In this document: one piece after another, positions 14,679 to 28,663 of the stretch
How the letters are laid out: each line of letters begins with the position of its first letter
How positions within the stretch are numbered: the first letter of the stretch is position 1
Assembly (NCBI RefSeq): GCF_009914755.1
Contig: NC_060927.1
DNA length: 64,000 nucleotides
Reading direction: 5' to 3' (one strand)
From: the human T2T-CHM13v2.0 reference genome, Homo sapiens
Position numbers and translations under genes: made by a program
Notes under the pieces: model-generated
Database searches by the model: none
The model's input: only the letters and a program-made list of their open reading frames with translations
What the model was told of the DNA's origin: nothing

Positions 14679-15242
14679 CTCACTGTCAGTAGGGTTCCAG
14701 GTTAGCACAGGCCCGGGGATCTATATAACTAACTTGAGATTCACGAGAGAATGGAGCAACAGCTGTAATGTAACGCTGTGAATGTGCCAGCAGGTTCCGG
14801 GGCCCTGTGGTGGCTTGTGCACACTGCAGTCTATCTGCAGGCTCACTTTGGCGTAGGACGGCACCTGGACCCACTGGATTCCGGCTCCCATGCTCCCCTC
14901 TGGAAGTACAAGTCCTGGGCCAGGCGCATGTGAACCTCCATGGTGAATGCAGCAGCTTCCTCTGCAGATTCCTAGCGAGGTAGTGGCTGGATGCCGCGAG
15001 AGACAGATGAACCTCCTGTTTGTCCTCAAGGCGGGTAGTTTCCGTGTAGGATCTCGCTTGTCCTTACAGGTGCCATCTGATCCTTGCTCACATCCTCAGC
15101 TGGCGTTCCTTCCTGACTGCTGGAGTGGCTGACCTGAAGAGACTTCCCACTCAACACTGCAGGCAGAGGGGACAGCCCGGAGAGACTTGCCCGCCAGCTC
15201 TCACTTTGCATATAATCTCACTCCTAAATAAATCCCTCAGCT

Positions 15243-15768
15243 CAGGGGTCCCCAAACTTTCTCTGCGTGTGGTGCCCTTAATTTCTCAGTACTCTCTTCT
15301 TAGTGCACCTGGGCCAAAAGAAATACCAAACAGTTCCATTAATTAAGTGGTTAGATCCAAATGACGTAGGTATGTTTGTAATAGCTGTTTGAAAAGAAAA
15401 TATACATACATTGAAAGAAAAAATAATATTTGATTTTCCTCTTAAATAAGCAGTGCCGATGGGATATGTGCCTGTTGGACAAGGCCCAACTTCTCCAACC
15501 TTGGAATCAAGTTGGACACTGTTGCCCTCATTTTCTGTCCCACACCATTTTACCTCAAAGCAATCATTGAAAACCCAGCTTTGGAAAGATATGACAACTG
15601 TGAAAGGAATATACTGCAATCTGATGTTCGAACTGTGAACTTCCTCAATCGAGTAGTTCCCAAGGTGTCCAAGAAGGGTCAGCTATCAATGTATATCCTC
15701 TGAAAACTGGAAATATTCCATGGCACCCCTGTGAACTCACTGTGGCCCCTACAGTTTGAGAACCATAG
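15243..15768. mobile_element. hAT-Charlie DNA transposon (MER119-like)
   Basis: Termini CAGGGGTCCCCAAACT and AGTTTGAGAACCATAG are degenerate Charlie-type inverted repeats. The interior resembles the recalled MER119 consensus. Confidence 0.65.
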
Positions 15769-16380
15769 CCTTGTCTCATATTGCTTCTGATACACAGAGT
15801 GCCATGCTGATTTGGGTGTATTCTTTTCCTGTCTTTGTACTCTCCACATATATTATAAAATGTGGACCAGAAGAATTCTATATTTCCCTTTTTTTAATTT
15901 GACAATGTTATGAGTGTATTCCCATGTCAATAAAAATTCTTTTAAAAATTATTTATATCTGAATCATATACCAAATTTACCAATATCGAATTTAATCTTC
16001 CTCCAGTCCTTGAATTTTCCAGCTGTATTTCATTTTGCTATTATCTGTCAATATTCCTTAAAATGGATTTCTAGAAGCAGTATTACCAAATGAACTTCTT
16101 AAACAATCTTGATAACTATTGTTAAATTGCTTTTCAGAAATAATGCACTAATTTATATTCCAATAAAAAATACATGGCAGTGGCTATTTTGCCACATTCT
16201 TAACTGCACTGGGTATTTCCATTAATAAAATAAAATCTCCTCACCATTTTTAACAGGCAGAAGAAATATTTCATTGTAATTGACATTTTGTTTTATTACT
16301 AGTATGATTAGTATTTTTATTTTAATGGGTATTGCATTTATTCCATGACTGTTTGTATCTTTGTTTATTTAAATAAGTTA

Positions 16381-16729
<349 letters not shown>

Positions 16730-18319
16730 TTAGGAGAGTTGATACTTTGGCATCTTTGTCTTAATCTTTAGTTTATTACACTTTAAAATTTTTTGGTACA
16801 GGATCTTTATAGTTCAGGCTGTATAGTGTATGTCAGCATACAAGCAAATTCTCCCCCAATACAATACTGTTCTTTTTTGAAACTTACTTAGACTGTCTCA
16901 TCTGATTATTCTACAAATGAATTTTAGATTTGCTAAATTAAAAGCCAACACACAATGCTTTTGTTCAACGCTTTCAAACAAAAGCTATAACCAACCTTTG
17001 TTGGTCAAGAGGAGACTCTTGAAAGCTGGATGAAGTTAGACACCACAGATATTCTCGAATAGAGAGAGCATAAGCTCAAAGAAATTCACTGGTGTGTATC
17101 CAGGGCCAAACAGCGAGTCCCTGACAGTCTAGAGAACGCAGTGACCTTATTCCAGCAACTCCTCTGGTGGCTCCTGCCCACCATGGCACAGGGGAAGCTT
17201 CAGTGCATGGTGGGGTGGCAGGTCCTTCTTCAAGTGGCCTTCATACCCCTGATGTCTGATTCAAGGGGCTTGTACCAAATGAAGGGATGAGTGAATGAGT
17301 GGGTGGATGAGTGACATTTGAATGGATGAATAAACAAATCAATGGATAAATAAAATTTACGGGAAAATTCTCCTTTTCTCCTTCCAATACTTGGCTCCCA
17401 GAACTCTGTTTCCTCTTGTTCTCTTGGGGGAACACACTTAGAGGTTTCTATAATTTAATTGTGTCCAAAAGGTCTGCTGGCAGCTTCAGAACATCACAGC
17501 TCCTGGCTTCAGGGTCCCTGTGCCTTAAGTCATCTCAAAGCCTTAGCACAGGGCAAGCAAGCCCACTCACTCATGGGAGTGGGGGCACTGAGATGCTCCA
17601 GGTGGGTAGAGCAGGGCTAAAACTGGATGGAAACTCTAGGTAAGGAAATGCAGACGGGCAAGGCTTCCAATTATGGAGGCATAGCAGGGGGTCAGGAGCA
17701 TCCTGGATAGCACCCTGCCTGCTTCCAGGAGTTGCAGCACCCAGGAGTGGGGTCAGAACACGAGCCTGAGGCTCTTCTTAGTAAATACCCTTGTTCCTTT
17801 CATGCCACCCACGTTTCAGTCTTCTCACTCTTCCTCAGCTCCTACCACAGAAAGTGAGAATGGGAAATGAAAGGACCAGAAATAAATATTGGGCAACTTC
17901 AGACCTGGATAACCCTGTCAAGCCCAGATTCTTACACAACATTGAGATTTTATTGTACTGAACTAGGTCTGCACAGAGCAACAGCTGTGGACTTAAAAAT
18001 CAGTTTTCTTTTTTCAAAAATTTCTCAAAGAATTTCATGATAAAAGATGTTACTTATCAATGGGGTTAGTGTATCATTTTAAGTAGCTAATTAAGGGGAG
18101 AAATGAGTGTGAAGGGAAGGAAATGTAAAATCAGCCGACATCAGGATTTCTTATTGACTTGATGCTGAGTCCTTCCACTCTGGGAAAATCAAAATGTATT
18201 CCTTCTGGTTCATGTTTCTCAAGCTTTAATTATTAGAATTACCTTTTTGATTTTTGCTATATTTTCACATATTGCATTGTTACTTAAACATTATACTTAA
18301 ATACATTTATTTTAATTAT

Positions 18320-18490
18320 AATAGCAATCACTTACATGGTACTATGTGCCAGGCACTCTTTTAAGCACTTTACATGCATTAAGACATTTCATCCTCATGA
18401 CAACCCCATTAGATGAGATGCTACTCCATTCAATGATGGAGACGATGAGTCTCTGAGAAGTTAAGTGACTTGCCATAGTTACATACCAGA
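18320..18490. mobile_element. MIR
   Basis: ACTATGTGCCAGGCACT...CTGAGAAGTTAAGTGACTTGCC core. Confidence 0.7.
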
Positions 18491-19906
18491 ATAAAGACCT
18501 AAATAAGAATTGAAATACTATTATGGTAATAGAAGAAAATATAGGACAAAATAGAAAAACAATTGTACTTAAGGGTGAGAAAGGAGCCTTTAAACTACAT
18601 TGAGCTAGTATAAGCCAAAAGACAACATTTAATGAATTTTAATTTAAATTTTATTACATCAAAAGTATTTCTATTTAATGAAGGATACCATAAACAAAGT
18701 AATATACATATAAGACAATGATAAAAGTTATTTGCAATATCTTAAAGCAATAAAAAATTAAAATCCAGAGTATGTAAATAACTCTTGATAATCAACAAGA
18801 AATAGCGGGAAACCCAATAAAAAATGGTCAAAGACACGAACAGGTAATTTATAGGAGAAACTCAAAAGCTTATAAAAAGATGTTCAAACCCATCAGTAAT
18901 CAGAGAAAAGCAAAATGAAGCAACTATGAGAGTCACGTTACTTGTTCAACTAGCAAAGATTAGAGAGCAGCATAATGCCAAGTGTTGGTAAAGATGTGGG
19001 GAGAGGAACCTTTTTGCACAGTTAGTGGCTACATAGATTGAACTCATTTACATCTCCCTGTGATCTAGCATTTCCAGTCCAACTCTGTACAAGAACGTTG
19101 TAATTGTATTTGCCAGAGTGGAGAGCTGGCGGCAATCTTGGTTCCCATGCCTAGGAGAGTAAATAAGTAGAATGTGGAAGATATACTCTGTGGAGTACTG
19201 TGAAGCAGGTGAAAGAAATGGGTTGAATATTCTAAATAGCAACATAGATGATCAGGCAAGCTGGGCACGATGTTAAAAAAAGTAAGAAACATATATCATT
19301 TACCTAAATTAAAAATACTACATACAAAACAATACATATATTTTAGGACACATTAAAAAGAAAATGACACATATTAAAAAACCTTAGAATAGGACTTCTG
19401 CTTTTGGTCATGATGGAGTAACTGGTGCCAAATTTGCCTTTCCATTGTAAGCAACTATGAAACTGGACAAAGTATGAGTCAACTATTTTCAGGTATTGGG
19501 CAACAGCAAATAGAGGACTCGTATCCCTGAGAAAAGGAACATTTTCCTGTGGTAGTACAGGGAGATGGAGCCCAGGCAGAGCAGAGGGTTCACTGAGCTG
19601 AGGAGGCAGAGATTAGACCTGGGTTGCTGAAGCAGCTACAATTTTCAGGGCAGGGGACTGGAGAGAAGGCAGCTCCATAGAGAAGAGGCTCAGAAGTCTC
19701 CACAGGGATTTTCTGTTGGATCCTTGGCTGAAGGAAGGATTGCACTAGAGGAAAGTGAGACTCCTTGAGGTATAAGTGTGTGGCTACTGAGGAGCTGAGA
19801 GCTGAACAATGGGATACCGGGGTTTGCACAATGCTGAGAGAAAATTCCCAGTCAGGGTGGATAGACTTCTCTGCCACCTCTTATGAGCAAAGGCTATGCC
19901 CTACAG

Positions 19907-20076
19907 CAGTGGTTTTTTAATGTCAGCATGTACCAGGGTCGTCTGAAACACTTGTTAAAATACGGATTGCTGGGTCTCACCCCTGGAATTTCTGATTCAG
20001 TAGCTCTGAAGTAGGGCCTGAAAATTTGTATTTTTAATAAGTTCCCAGGTGATGCTGTTGTTGTTGAAGACCACAG
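19907..20076. mobile_element. MER5A-type hAT element
   Basis: CAGTGGTT start, TTCTGATTCAGTAG and AAGTTCCCAGGTGATGCTG core. Near-identical 8-bp flanks CCCTACAG/CCCTAGAG. Confidence 0.8.
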
Positions 20077-20652
20077 CCCTAGAGTAAAGGCAAGCCCTAA
20101 AACTAAAGCCAAATCTGAAATAGACACATCCTAACAAAACATAAAACTGAGTCTGATGAGACTGAAAGGAAGCACCAATGATTTTACAACCCTGACAAAA
20201 TGACACCCAGCACTTTTTAAAGGAAGATAATAGTCCAGACTCCGTACAACATATCACCTATAATGCTTGACATGCAATAAAAAAGTAATTGATGTGAAAA
20301 AGAATTATAGCCATAATTCTAAAAAAAAGTCCATAGAAACAGACCCCAAGATGACTGGGAAGTTGTAATTAGCAATTAGGGACTTTAAATCAACTATTAT
20401 AATCAAGGACTTAAAGAATTAAATTGTCATAATGAATGAACAGATGTGGAATTTCAGTAGATAAATGGAAACTATGTAAAAGAACCAAATGGAAATTCTA
20501 GAACTGTTAATTACAGTATCTGAAATAAATTGGAGGGTCTTAACAACCTAGTAGAGACAATAGAAGAAAGGTCAAGAAATGAATATAAATTACTGTAAAA
20601 AATGAGTTTTAAAAGGAGATATGAAACAAAATTAAGCAGTCTAATAAAGGTA

Positions 20653-21141
20653 TAGTACCCTTATCCATTGGTGATATGTTCTAAAACTCTCAATGGATGC
20701 CTGAAACTGCTGATAGTGCCAAATCCCAGCCAAGGAACATCAAGGTCACCTTTTCACTTAAGGAAGCACTTTCAAGTTTCTCTTTGACATATCCAGATTG
20801 CCAGCATCACTACTCTTAGGGCCATTACTAAGTTAAAAAAGGGTCACTTGAACACAAGTACTGCAATATCACAAGCGTCAACCTGATAACTGAGACAGCT
20901 AAATGGCTAAGGGGCAGGTAGCAAATAAAGTGTAGGTATATGGGACAAAGGGATGATTCATGTGCAGGCAGGATGAAGCAATACAGTGTAAGATTTCATC
21001 ATGCTACTCAGAATGGCGCATAATTTAAAACTTATGAATTCCTTATTTCTGGAATTTTCAATTTAATATTTTTAGACCATGGTTGACCAGGGATAACTGA
21101 AACTGCAGCAAGCAAAACTGCAGTTAAGGGGGGACCCACTG
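20653..21141. mobile_element. MER44-like (Tigger7) DNA transposon
   Basis: TIR-like ends TAGTACCCTTATCC and TTAAGGGGGGACCCACTG, flanked by TA. Confidence 0.75.
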
Positions 21142-22207
21142 TATAACTGGTATATATAAAGGTGAAGAGAAAGCGATAATTAAGCAGGGAAAAAAATGTA
21201 TTTGAAGAAATCATGGCCCCAAATTTCTCAAATTGGGGGAAAATCAACCTAAAACTCAATGTTTCATAAACACCAAGAATAATAAACACAAATGAAGCAA
21301 AAAATGCTAAAAAAAAAAAAAAAAGGGAAAGGAATAACATTAAAGGCAGCCAGAGGGGGGAAAAAAACACATTTCGTAGGAGATAACAATGATAAGAGCA
21401 ATTGCTAACTTTTTATCAGAGACAATGATGTACAGATGACAGTAGAATGATTTCTTTAAAGGACTGAGAAAAAATATTGCCAATTCAGAATGCTGTATCT
21501 GGAAAAAATATCTCTCAAAAATGAGGGTAAAATAAAGACATTTTCAAATAAGTGAAAAATACCAGATTCTTTGCCAACAGACTCATGCTCAAGATATAGT
21601 AAGAGAAGTTATTCAGGCTAAGGCAAATTGACACCAGATAGAAACTTGGATAAATATAAAAGATTACATTTTTTGTCTTGATGTCTTTTTAAAAATGAAT
21701 TTGTTTAAAATAAAAATAATAACATTGTATTATGAGGTTTTCTATATATGTAAATGTAAAATACATGATAACAATACAGAGAATGAGAGGAGGTTCTTAC
21801 ATTTTATATGAAATGGCACGATATTAATCCTAAATAGTCTGTGATATATTAAGGATGCATACTGAAATCCCTACAGAAAATCACTACAACAATAATATAA
21901 AGAGGTATAGCTTAAAAAGTCAATAGAGGGACTGAAATAGACTACTAAACATTTTTCAAATAATCAAAAAAAATTAAGAGATAGAGAAAACAAAATACAA
22001 ATAGGAAACAAAGTGTACTGTAGTAGACTTAAACTTGATAATATCAATCATTACATAAAATGTTAATAGACTAAATAATTCAAGTGAAAGGGGTTGTCAG
22101 ACTGGATGAGAAAGAAGATTGAGCGCCATGCTTTCTACGAGAGATTCCCTTTATATTAAAAAACAAAACAACATATATTTAAAAATAAAAGTACTGAAAA
22201 AGATATA

Positions 22208-23424
22208 CAGTCATGTTCTACATAATGATGTTTCAGTCAATGATGGATTGATTATACCAAGGTTGTCCCATGAGATTATAATGGAATTGAAAAATTCCTG
22301 TTGCCTGGTGACAACAGAGCTGTTGTAACATCGTAGCACAACTCATTACTCCCGTGTTTGTGGTGATGCTGTTGTAAACAAACTTACTGCACTTCAGCCA
22401 CATAAAAATAGAGCACATACAATTATATACAGTACATAATACTTGATCACGATAATAAATGACTATGTTACTGGCTTATGTATTCAGTATACTGAATTTT
22501 TTATTGTTATTTTAAGATGCACTTCTTCTACTTATAAAAAGAAAATTAACTGTAAAACAGCCTCAGGCAGGTCCTTCGGGAGGAATTCCAGATGAAGACA
22601 TTGTTATCATAGGAGACGCCAGCTCCATGCCTGTGATTACCCCTGAAGGCCTTCCAGTGGGAAAAGATGTAGAGATGGAAGACAGTGATAATGATGATCT
22701 TGATCCTGTGTAGGTCTAGACTAAAGTGTGTGTTTGTGTCTTGATTTTTGGCAAAAAAGTTTAAAAAGTAAAAATGTTAAAAATTTTTTAAAATAGAAAA
22801 AATCTTATGGAATAGGGATATAAAGAAAGAAAGCATTTTTGTATAGCTGTACAATGCATGTTTTAAGCTAAGTGTTATTACAAAAAAGTATAATAAAAAA
22901 GTCAAAAAGTTTAAAATTAAAAAGTTTATAAGTAAAGTTGTAGTAAGCTAAGGTTAATTTATCACTGGAGAAATTGTTTTTTATAAATTTAGTGTAGCCT
23001 AAGTGTACAGTTTATAAAGTCTACAGTAATACACAATAATGTCCTAGGCCTTCACATTCACTCACCACTCACTCAGTAACTCACCCAGAGCAGCTTCCAG
23101 TACTGCAACCTCCATTCATGGTAAGTATCCTATGCAGGTGTACCTTTTAAAAATCCTTTTTATTGTATTTTTAATGTACCTTTTCTATGCTTAGGTATAC
23201 AAATACTTACCATGGTGTTACAATTGGCTACAGTATTCAGTACAGTAACATGCTGTACAAGGTTGTAGCCTGGGAGCAATAGGACATGCCATGTGGCATA
23301 AGTGTGTAGTAGGGTATACCATCTAGGTTTGTGTAAGTACACTCTATAATGTTCACACAATGACAAAATAGCCTAAGAGTGCATTTCTCAGAATGTATCC
23401 CCATCATTAAAGGACGAATGACTG
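22208..23424. mobile_element. Tigger3b/GOLEM-type DNA transposon (1.2 kb)
   Basis: Inverted termini CAGTCAT...ATGACTG with TA duplications on both sides. Typical interior (AAACAGCCTCAGGCAGGTCCTTC; GTCCTAGGCCTTCACATTCACTCACC). Confidence 0.85.
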
Positions 23425-24679
23425 TACCATGTGAAGAAGAAGCATTAAAAAGTTAGAATAGCAGTAATATCAGAAAAAGTAAACTTCTAGACAAGAACTA
23501 TTACCAGGGATAAAGGGATATATTTCTTAATGACAAAGGAGTCAATGAGAAGACAGAATAGTCTTATATGTCTTTCATATAATAGAGCTCGGACATATAT
23601 GAAGCAAAAATTGACAGAAATAAAGGAAGATGCAGACAAATCCATAATCATAATTAAATATTTTAACAAGGCAACTTATTGTTCTATCTAGCTAGCTGAT
23701 ATAACAATGAGGCAAAAAATTAGTATTGAATAGAAGATATGAGCAACACTATTGGCCAACTTGACCCAACTGACATTTATTAAATATTATAATGCAAGAC
23801 ACATAGTCTTTTCAAGTGCTCATGGAACATTAACCAACCTAGGCTACATACACACAGAACATTTACTAATATAGCTCATTCTCTGAGCCATAAAAGGAAC
23901 CTCAGTACATTTAGAATTATTCAAATTGTGTAAGTCACATCAGAATTACATTAGAAATTAATAGCAAATATATCTGAAAAATCCACAAATCTTTGGAAGC
24001 TGACAAACTTTTAAATAACTTACAGGCAAATAAATATAAAAGGATATTAAAAATTATTTTGAACTGAATGAGATAAAAAGATAACATATGAAAATTTGTT
24101 GAATGCAGCAAAAGCAGTCCTTAGAGGTACATTTATAGCTCTAGATGCTGATACTGGAGAAGGAGAATGGTTTAAATAAATTATCATAGCTGCTTCTATT
24201 TTAATAAACTAGACAAAAACAAAATAAAACAAAATCAAATGAACCCAAAGTAAGCAGAAGAAAAAAGATAAGAAAGACCAGAAAAGAAATCAATGAAACA
24301 AAAGCTGTTTCTTTAAAAAAGTCAATAAAATCTTTAAATTGTGCCTATGATGTTGGGGTGGGGAGCAGATCGGGGATATGTGGATTTTTTTAAAAGGAAA
24401 AGATGAAAAATTTATGAAAGTAAAAGGTCTCATCCTCGCCCTGGTGCCAAGACTGTGTAGAGCGGTTCACATGCTGGAGCCTGAGCCAAAAGACTGAGGG
24501 GTACTCAAGTGATGTACAGAGTCTCTCATCATTGGCAGCAGTAAGGCATTAGACTGGCCTATTCAGAAGAACTGTGATTACTCACTAAAGGATTATGTAA
24601 AAAGGAATACATTGACAGCAATGAGAACCAGCTTTCTTGTTGTGAGAGAAGCCAGTTTCAACTATGAAAAGGTAGAAGA

Positions 24680-25036
<357 letters not shown>

Positions 25037-27396
25037 TTACATGTGATAGATTAGATAGATATGCTTGTGTGTGTGTGTGTGGTGTGTGTGTTACTGTATT
25101 TACACATACATAGATATTTTTCGTAGCTCTGTCCATGGAGAAGGCCCAAAAACAATAGTACTCCACTAACAATGAGCACATCTAGCTCTCCAATCATGGT
25201 TTCTAAATATTAGTTTCCACTACAAAAAGCCAGACTGCTTGGAGATGTGTCTTTCTGTGGCCAGGGCAGGGAAAATACAAGACAGAGCTGGAACCTCTTT
25301 GCTAAAGAGGGAGGGATTGCTCAAAGTACAATGGAGACAGAACAAAAGGACATAGGATCCAGCTCCCGTTAGATCAATCTGGGGTGATCTGTGCATCAAA
25401 ATAAAGACAACATTAAACTATATTCCACTGAATATAGTTTAACCCCATGAGACGCTGCTGATACAAATAATAAATGAGGAGAAGAGAAGCTTTCACTTTT
25501 CAGAAAGAAGTGAACTAATAATTGTCACTTATTAAGTAATAAGTACAAAATGCTTTACAGTGGCAAAAACTGGTAGACACCTTCTTAAGCAAGTGATAAA
25601 GTTTAACATCACCAGTCGTGGGGAAGATTGGCATTAGGTGCGTTCTGATATTATGCACTGAGAACACAGCAACTGTTTTGTGAGATTCCTGCCCTAGTTT
25701 CATAACCTGGATCTAAGGAAACATCAGTCAGCCAAATCGAGGAATTGTTGTCTATCAGGTAACTGTAGTGTTCTCTCAAATGCTGAAGTCATGAAAGACA
25801 AGAAAAGCCTGAGGAACTGCTCTTAAAGGAGACTAGAGGAGCAGACAACTAAGTAAAACAAGCATTTCTGGACCCTGGGATTATTGAGGACATTATTGGC
25901 AAAGTGGGCAAAACTGGAAACAGGGCTACAGATAATATGATGATATTGTGTCCATATCAGTTTCCTGTTTTGGTTACGTGGGAGAATATCCTTGTTGCTA
26001 GTAAAAGCATTCTGAGGGTAATGATGATAATGAGGCATCGTATTTGCAACTTGCTCTCAAATGATTGTGGAGAAAAAATAGCATTGTATATCTATCTATA
26101 TCTAGCATCTAGATCTAGATATGTATGTATGTATGTATCTAATATATCATCTAGAGAATGATGAATTTAACACAAACGTGGTAAAATGCTGACAACTGGT
26201 GAGTCTGAATAGGGGACAAGGGAGTTCTTTGTGCTCTTCTGGCAGACTTTCTGTAAGGATGAAATCGAAGGGACAACAATAGCGACGAGTCTGGGGCTGC
26301 ACCCCATTAGCACAGGACCAGGGCATGGGAGGGGCAGGGGAGGCAGTCAGGAGGAGCTGGAATTTCCTAAGTGACCAAGGAAAGGTGCTGGCAGACATCT
26401 TATTGGATAATGTTAGAGGAATACTACCCGATTTCCCTAACTTTATGTTATTTAATCCTCAGAACAGCAGCATGAGGTAGATACCAGGCTCCTCTTCACT
26501 TTATAGATTAGGAAATTGGAGCTCAGAAATTGAGCTTCACTCAGCCAGCATTTACTTAGTGTTTACTATGTGTCAAACATTACCGAGGTTACACGCACAG
26601 AAAATATTAAGTGTGATCGTCTATGTATGTGTGTGCATTTATAAAACAGTACTAGAAGGAAATGTACTAAAACAGTAGTATAATAAGGGAGGCTATATTT
26701 GGGGAGCAGAATTGCACAGATGTTTTCATTTTTCTCCTTTGTGTTTTTTAGCTATTTCTAGTTTTCTACAACTAGAAATTCCCTTTGTAATAAGGGAAAA
26801 AACAAGCATTACTTCAAAACGGAATTGGAGGATCTTGTGAAATATTTCACATTATGATTTCACTGTTGGACCAAATACTGTTTTCTGATGCAGTTTTATT
26901 TTACTAAAGCAATAGACAAATATGTCTTAATTCAGTTAAGCCTCCTTTCCACACACTGAGAGCTGGTGGGTTTACAACTGGAAAGCTGACATCCACTTGG
27001 ACTCCTAAGACCTATATTTGTCTATATTTTCTGTGTGGGGGTGTAAGCCCAGGTGGCATGACCTCCTCTATCCCAGACAAAAGTTTTCAAGACCATCATG
27101 ACACCAGCTTCTTTGTACAAAGACCACATGTGAACACAATTCCCACTGAAGGGGGTGTGTGGTTTGGTAAGAGTGCAGCTCTAGTGTCCACAAAAGGAGA
27201 AAAGTCAGCCCAATGGTGTCACTGTATTGTAAGGTGGGACACCCGTCAGCTTAGGGTGTCTTCTGACTGATGATTCCTTCTTCCCTTTTACTGCCTTGGC
27301 ACCCTGAGCTCTGCAGTCCCCCCAACCCCCTGCCATGCTGCCTGGGCCCTGTTGGCATCCCTGTGTCTGTCTGGCTCACTGAGCTGAGCACCCTGC

Positions 27397-27508
27397 AAGA
27401 ACAGACATTCCTCATGCACCAGTGTCTCTCATGGCTCAAGAGCTTGCTTTGAATGGAGCCCACAGTCATCACTGCTGGGTTGAACTGATTTGTGCAAGCA
27501 ATAGTGGG
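27397..27508. repeat. 112-bp direct duplicate, copy A (downstream of the CCR1 polyA site)
   Basis: Aligns without gaps to 28664-28775 with 13 mismatches in 112 positions by hand count. Confidence 0.92.
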
Positions 27509-27585
27509 TAAACAGGTGGAGTAAATTAGGGTGCATCCCTGCCAACGACTTCAGTGCAGGCACCAAAAACAATGCTTTGAAATGA

Positions 27586-27591
27586 TTTATT
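27586..27591 (-). terminator. CCR1: CCR1 polyadenylation signal AATAAA
   Basis: TTTATT on the plus strand, followed on the minus strand by a U/GU-rich stretch (CATTGTTTTTGGTG). This gives a ~2.7 kb mRNA, consistent with my recollection of CCR1. Confidence 0.75.
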
Positions 27592-28663
27592 CACCTGGGA
27601 AAGTGATCACAACTTGCTGCTAATTAAAACCAACAATAGAACAGTGAGTACAATTGAAGTCCATCATTGTTATTATCATAAATATGCACCCAACAAAAAA
27701 CAAACTAAAAGAAAATACACTCAAAAGCACACAGTGGGCACATTTTGTCTTTGGGTAGTGGAAGTGTAGGTAATGTCAGTGTTTGGGGTTTTTCTTTGAA
27801 TTTTTAAGCTGTTTTAGAAATAAGTTTTGTTATTAGGAAAATTATTTTTAAAGAAATATACATCTGAGGGAAAAGAGAACAAAGGCATGATAAATAAGGG
27901 GTCCTTGGTTGGAGATGATGCATCCAGAACATTTTGGATAAATAAGCTACTTTGAGTTAAGGGCCTTCTCGGCCTCCTACATCAACACAGAATCTCACCC
28001 CACCCTCCTAGTAGACACTTTCCTCCCAACCCCCTATCAGCTACAAATACTGTCAGCTTACACAGCAGGCCTTATTATTATTATTATTTTTTTTTTTTGC
28101 TGACAAGTCCAAGATGGCAGTCGGAACTCTGACCCATAAAACCAGAAGGCTTAGATGAAGAACAAAAAGAAGGGAAACCAACCCTGCTTCCTTTTGCCTG
28201 TTATTAATCGCTGCAATAAAGCCATTAGAATCTACCAACATATCACCCAACTTGAAAAGAAGAGAGATTCTGAAAAATAGTCAGAAAAGAAGGGTAAATG
28301 GAAATGATGAGTCCCTCCCCTTTATGGCTATTTTAAGAAGCACACCATGTTATTCATATGGCCCGTGCTTAGCCCACTCCCTGAATTGTTTGATTTTAGT
28401 GGATATAAAAATTCTTCCTAAGGGCTTTCTTAGTTCCACTGCCAGCAGTAGTTCCCCATTTCTATTTCTCGTTAGGTCTCAACTCTTCCGTCATGAGTTC
28501 TATGTTCCCCAGGATTCCAAGAGCCCAAATCCTGCGGTGGGAGTGAAGGGGAGGCAGATGCTGGCTACTGATTGGCTCTGGGACTCAGAGTGGAGTCACT
28601 GTGGAAATCACTATTTCCAAGTTCTTTGGCAGTGGGAGGGTGGCGGGGGGGGGGAGGTGATGG

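Noticed and set aside
14686-15211. Short ORFs in the CpG-enriched island as a processed pseudogene
   Set aside because: No recognisable protein, poly(A) tail or TSD; kept only as a regulatory candidate.
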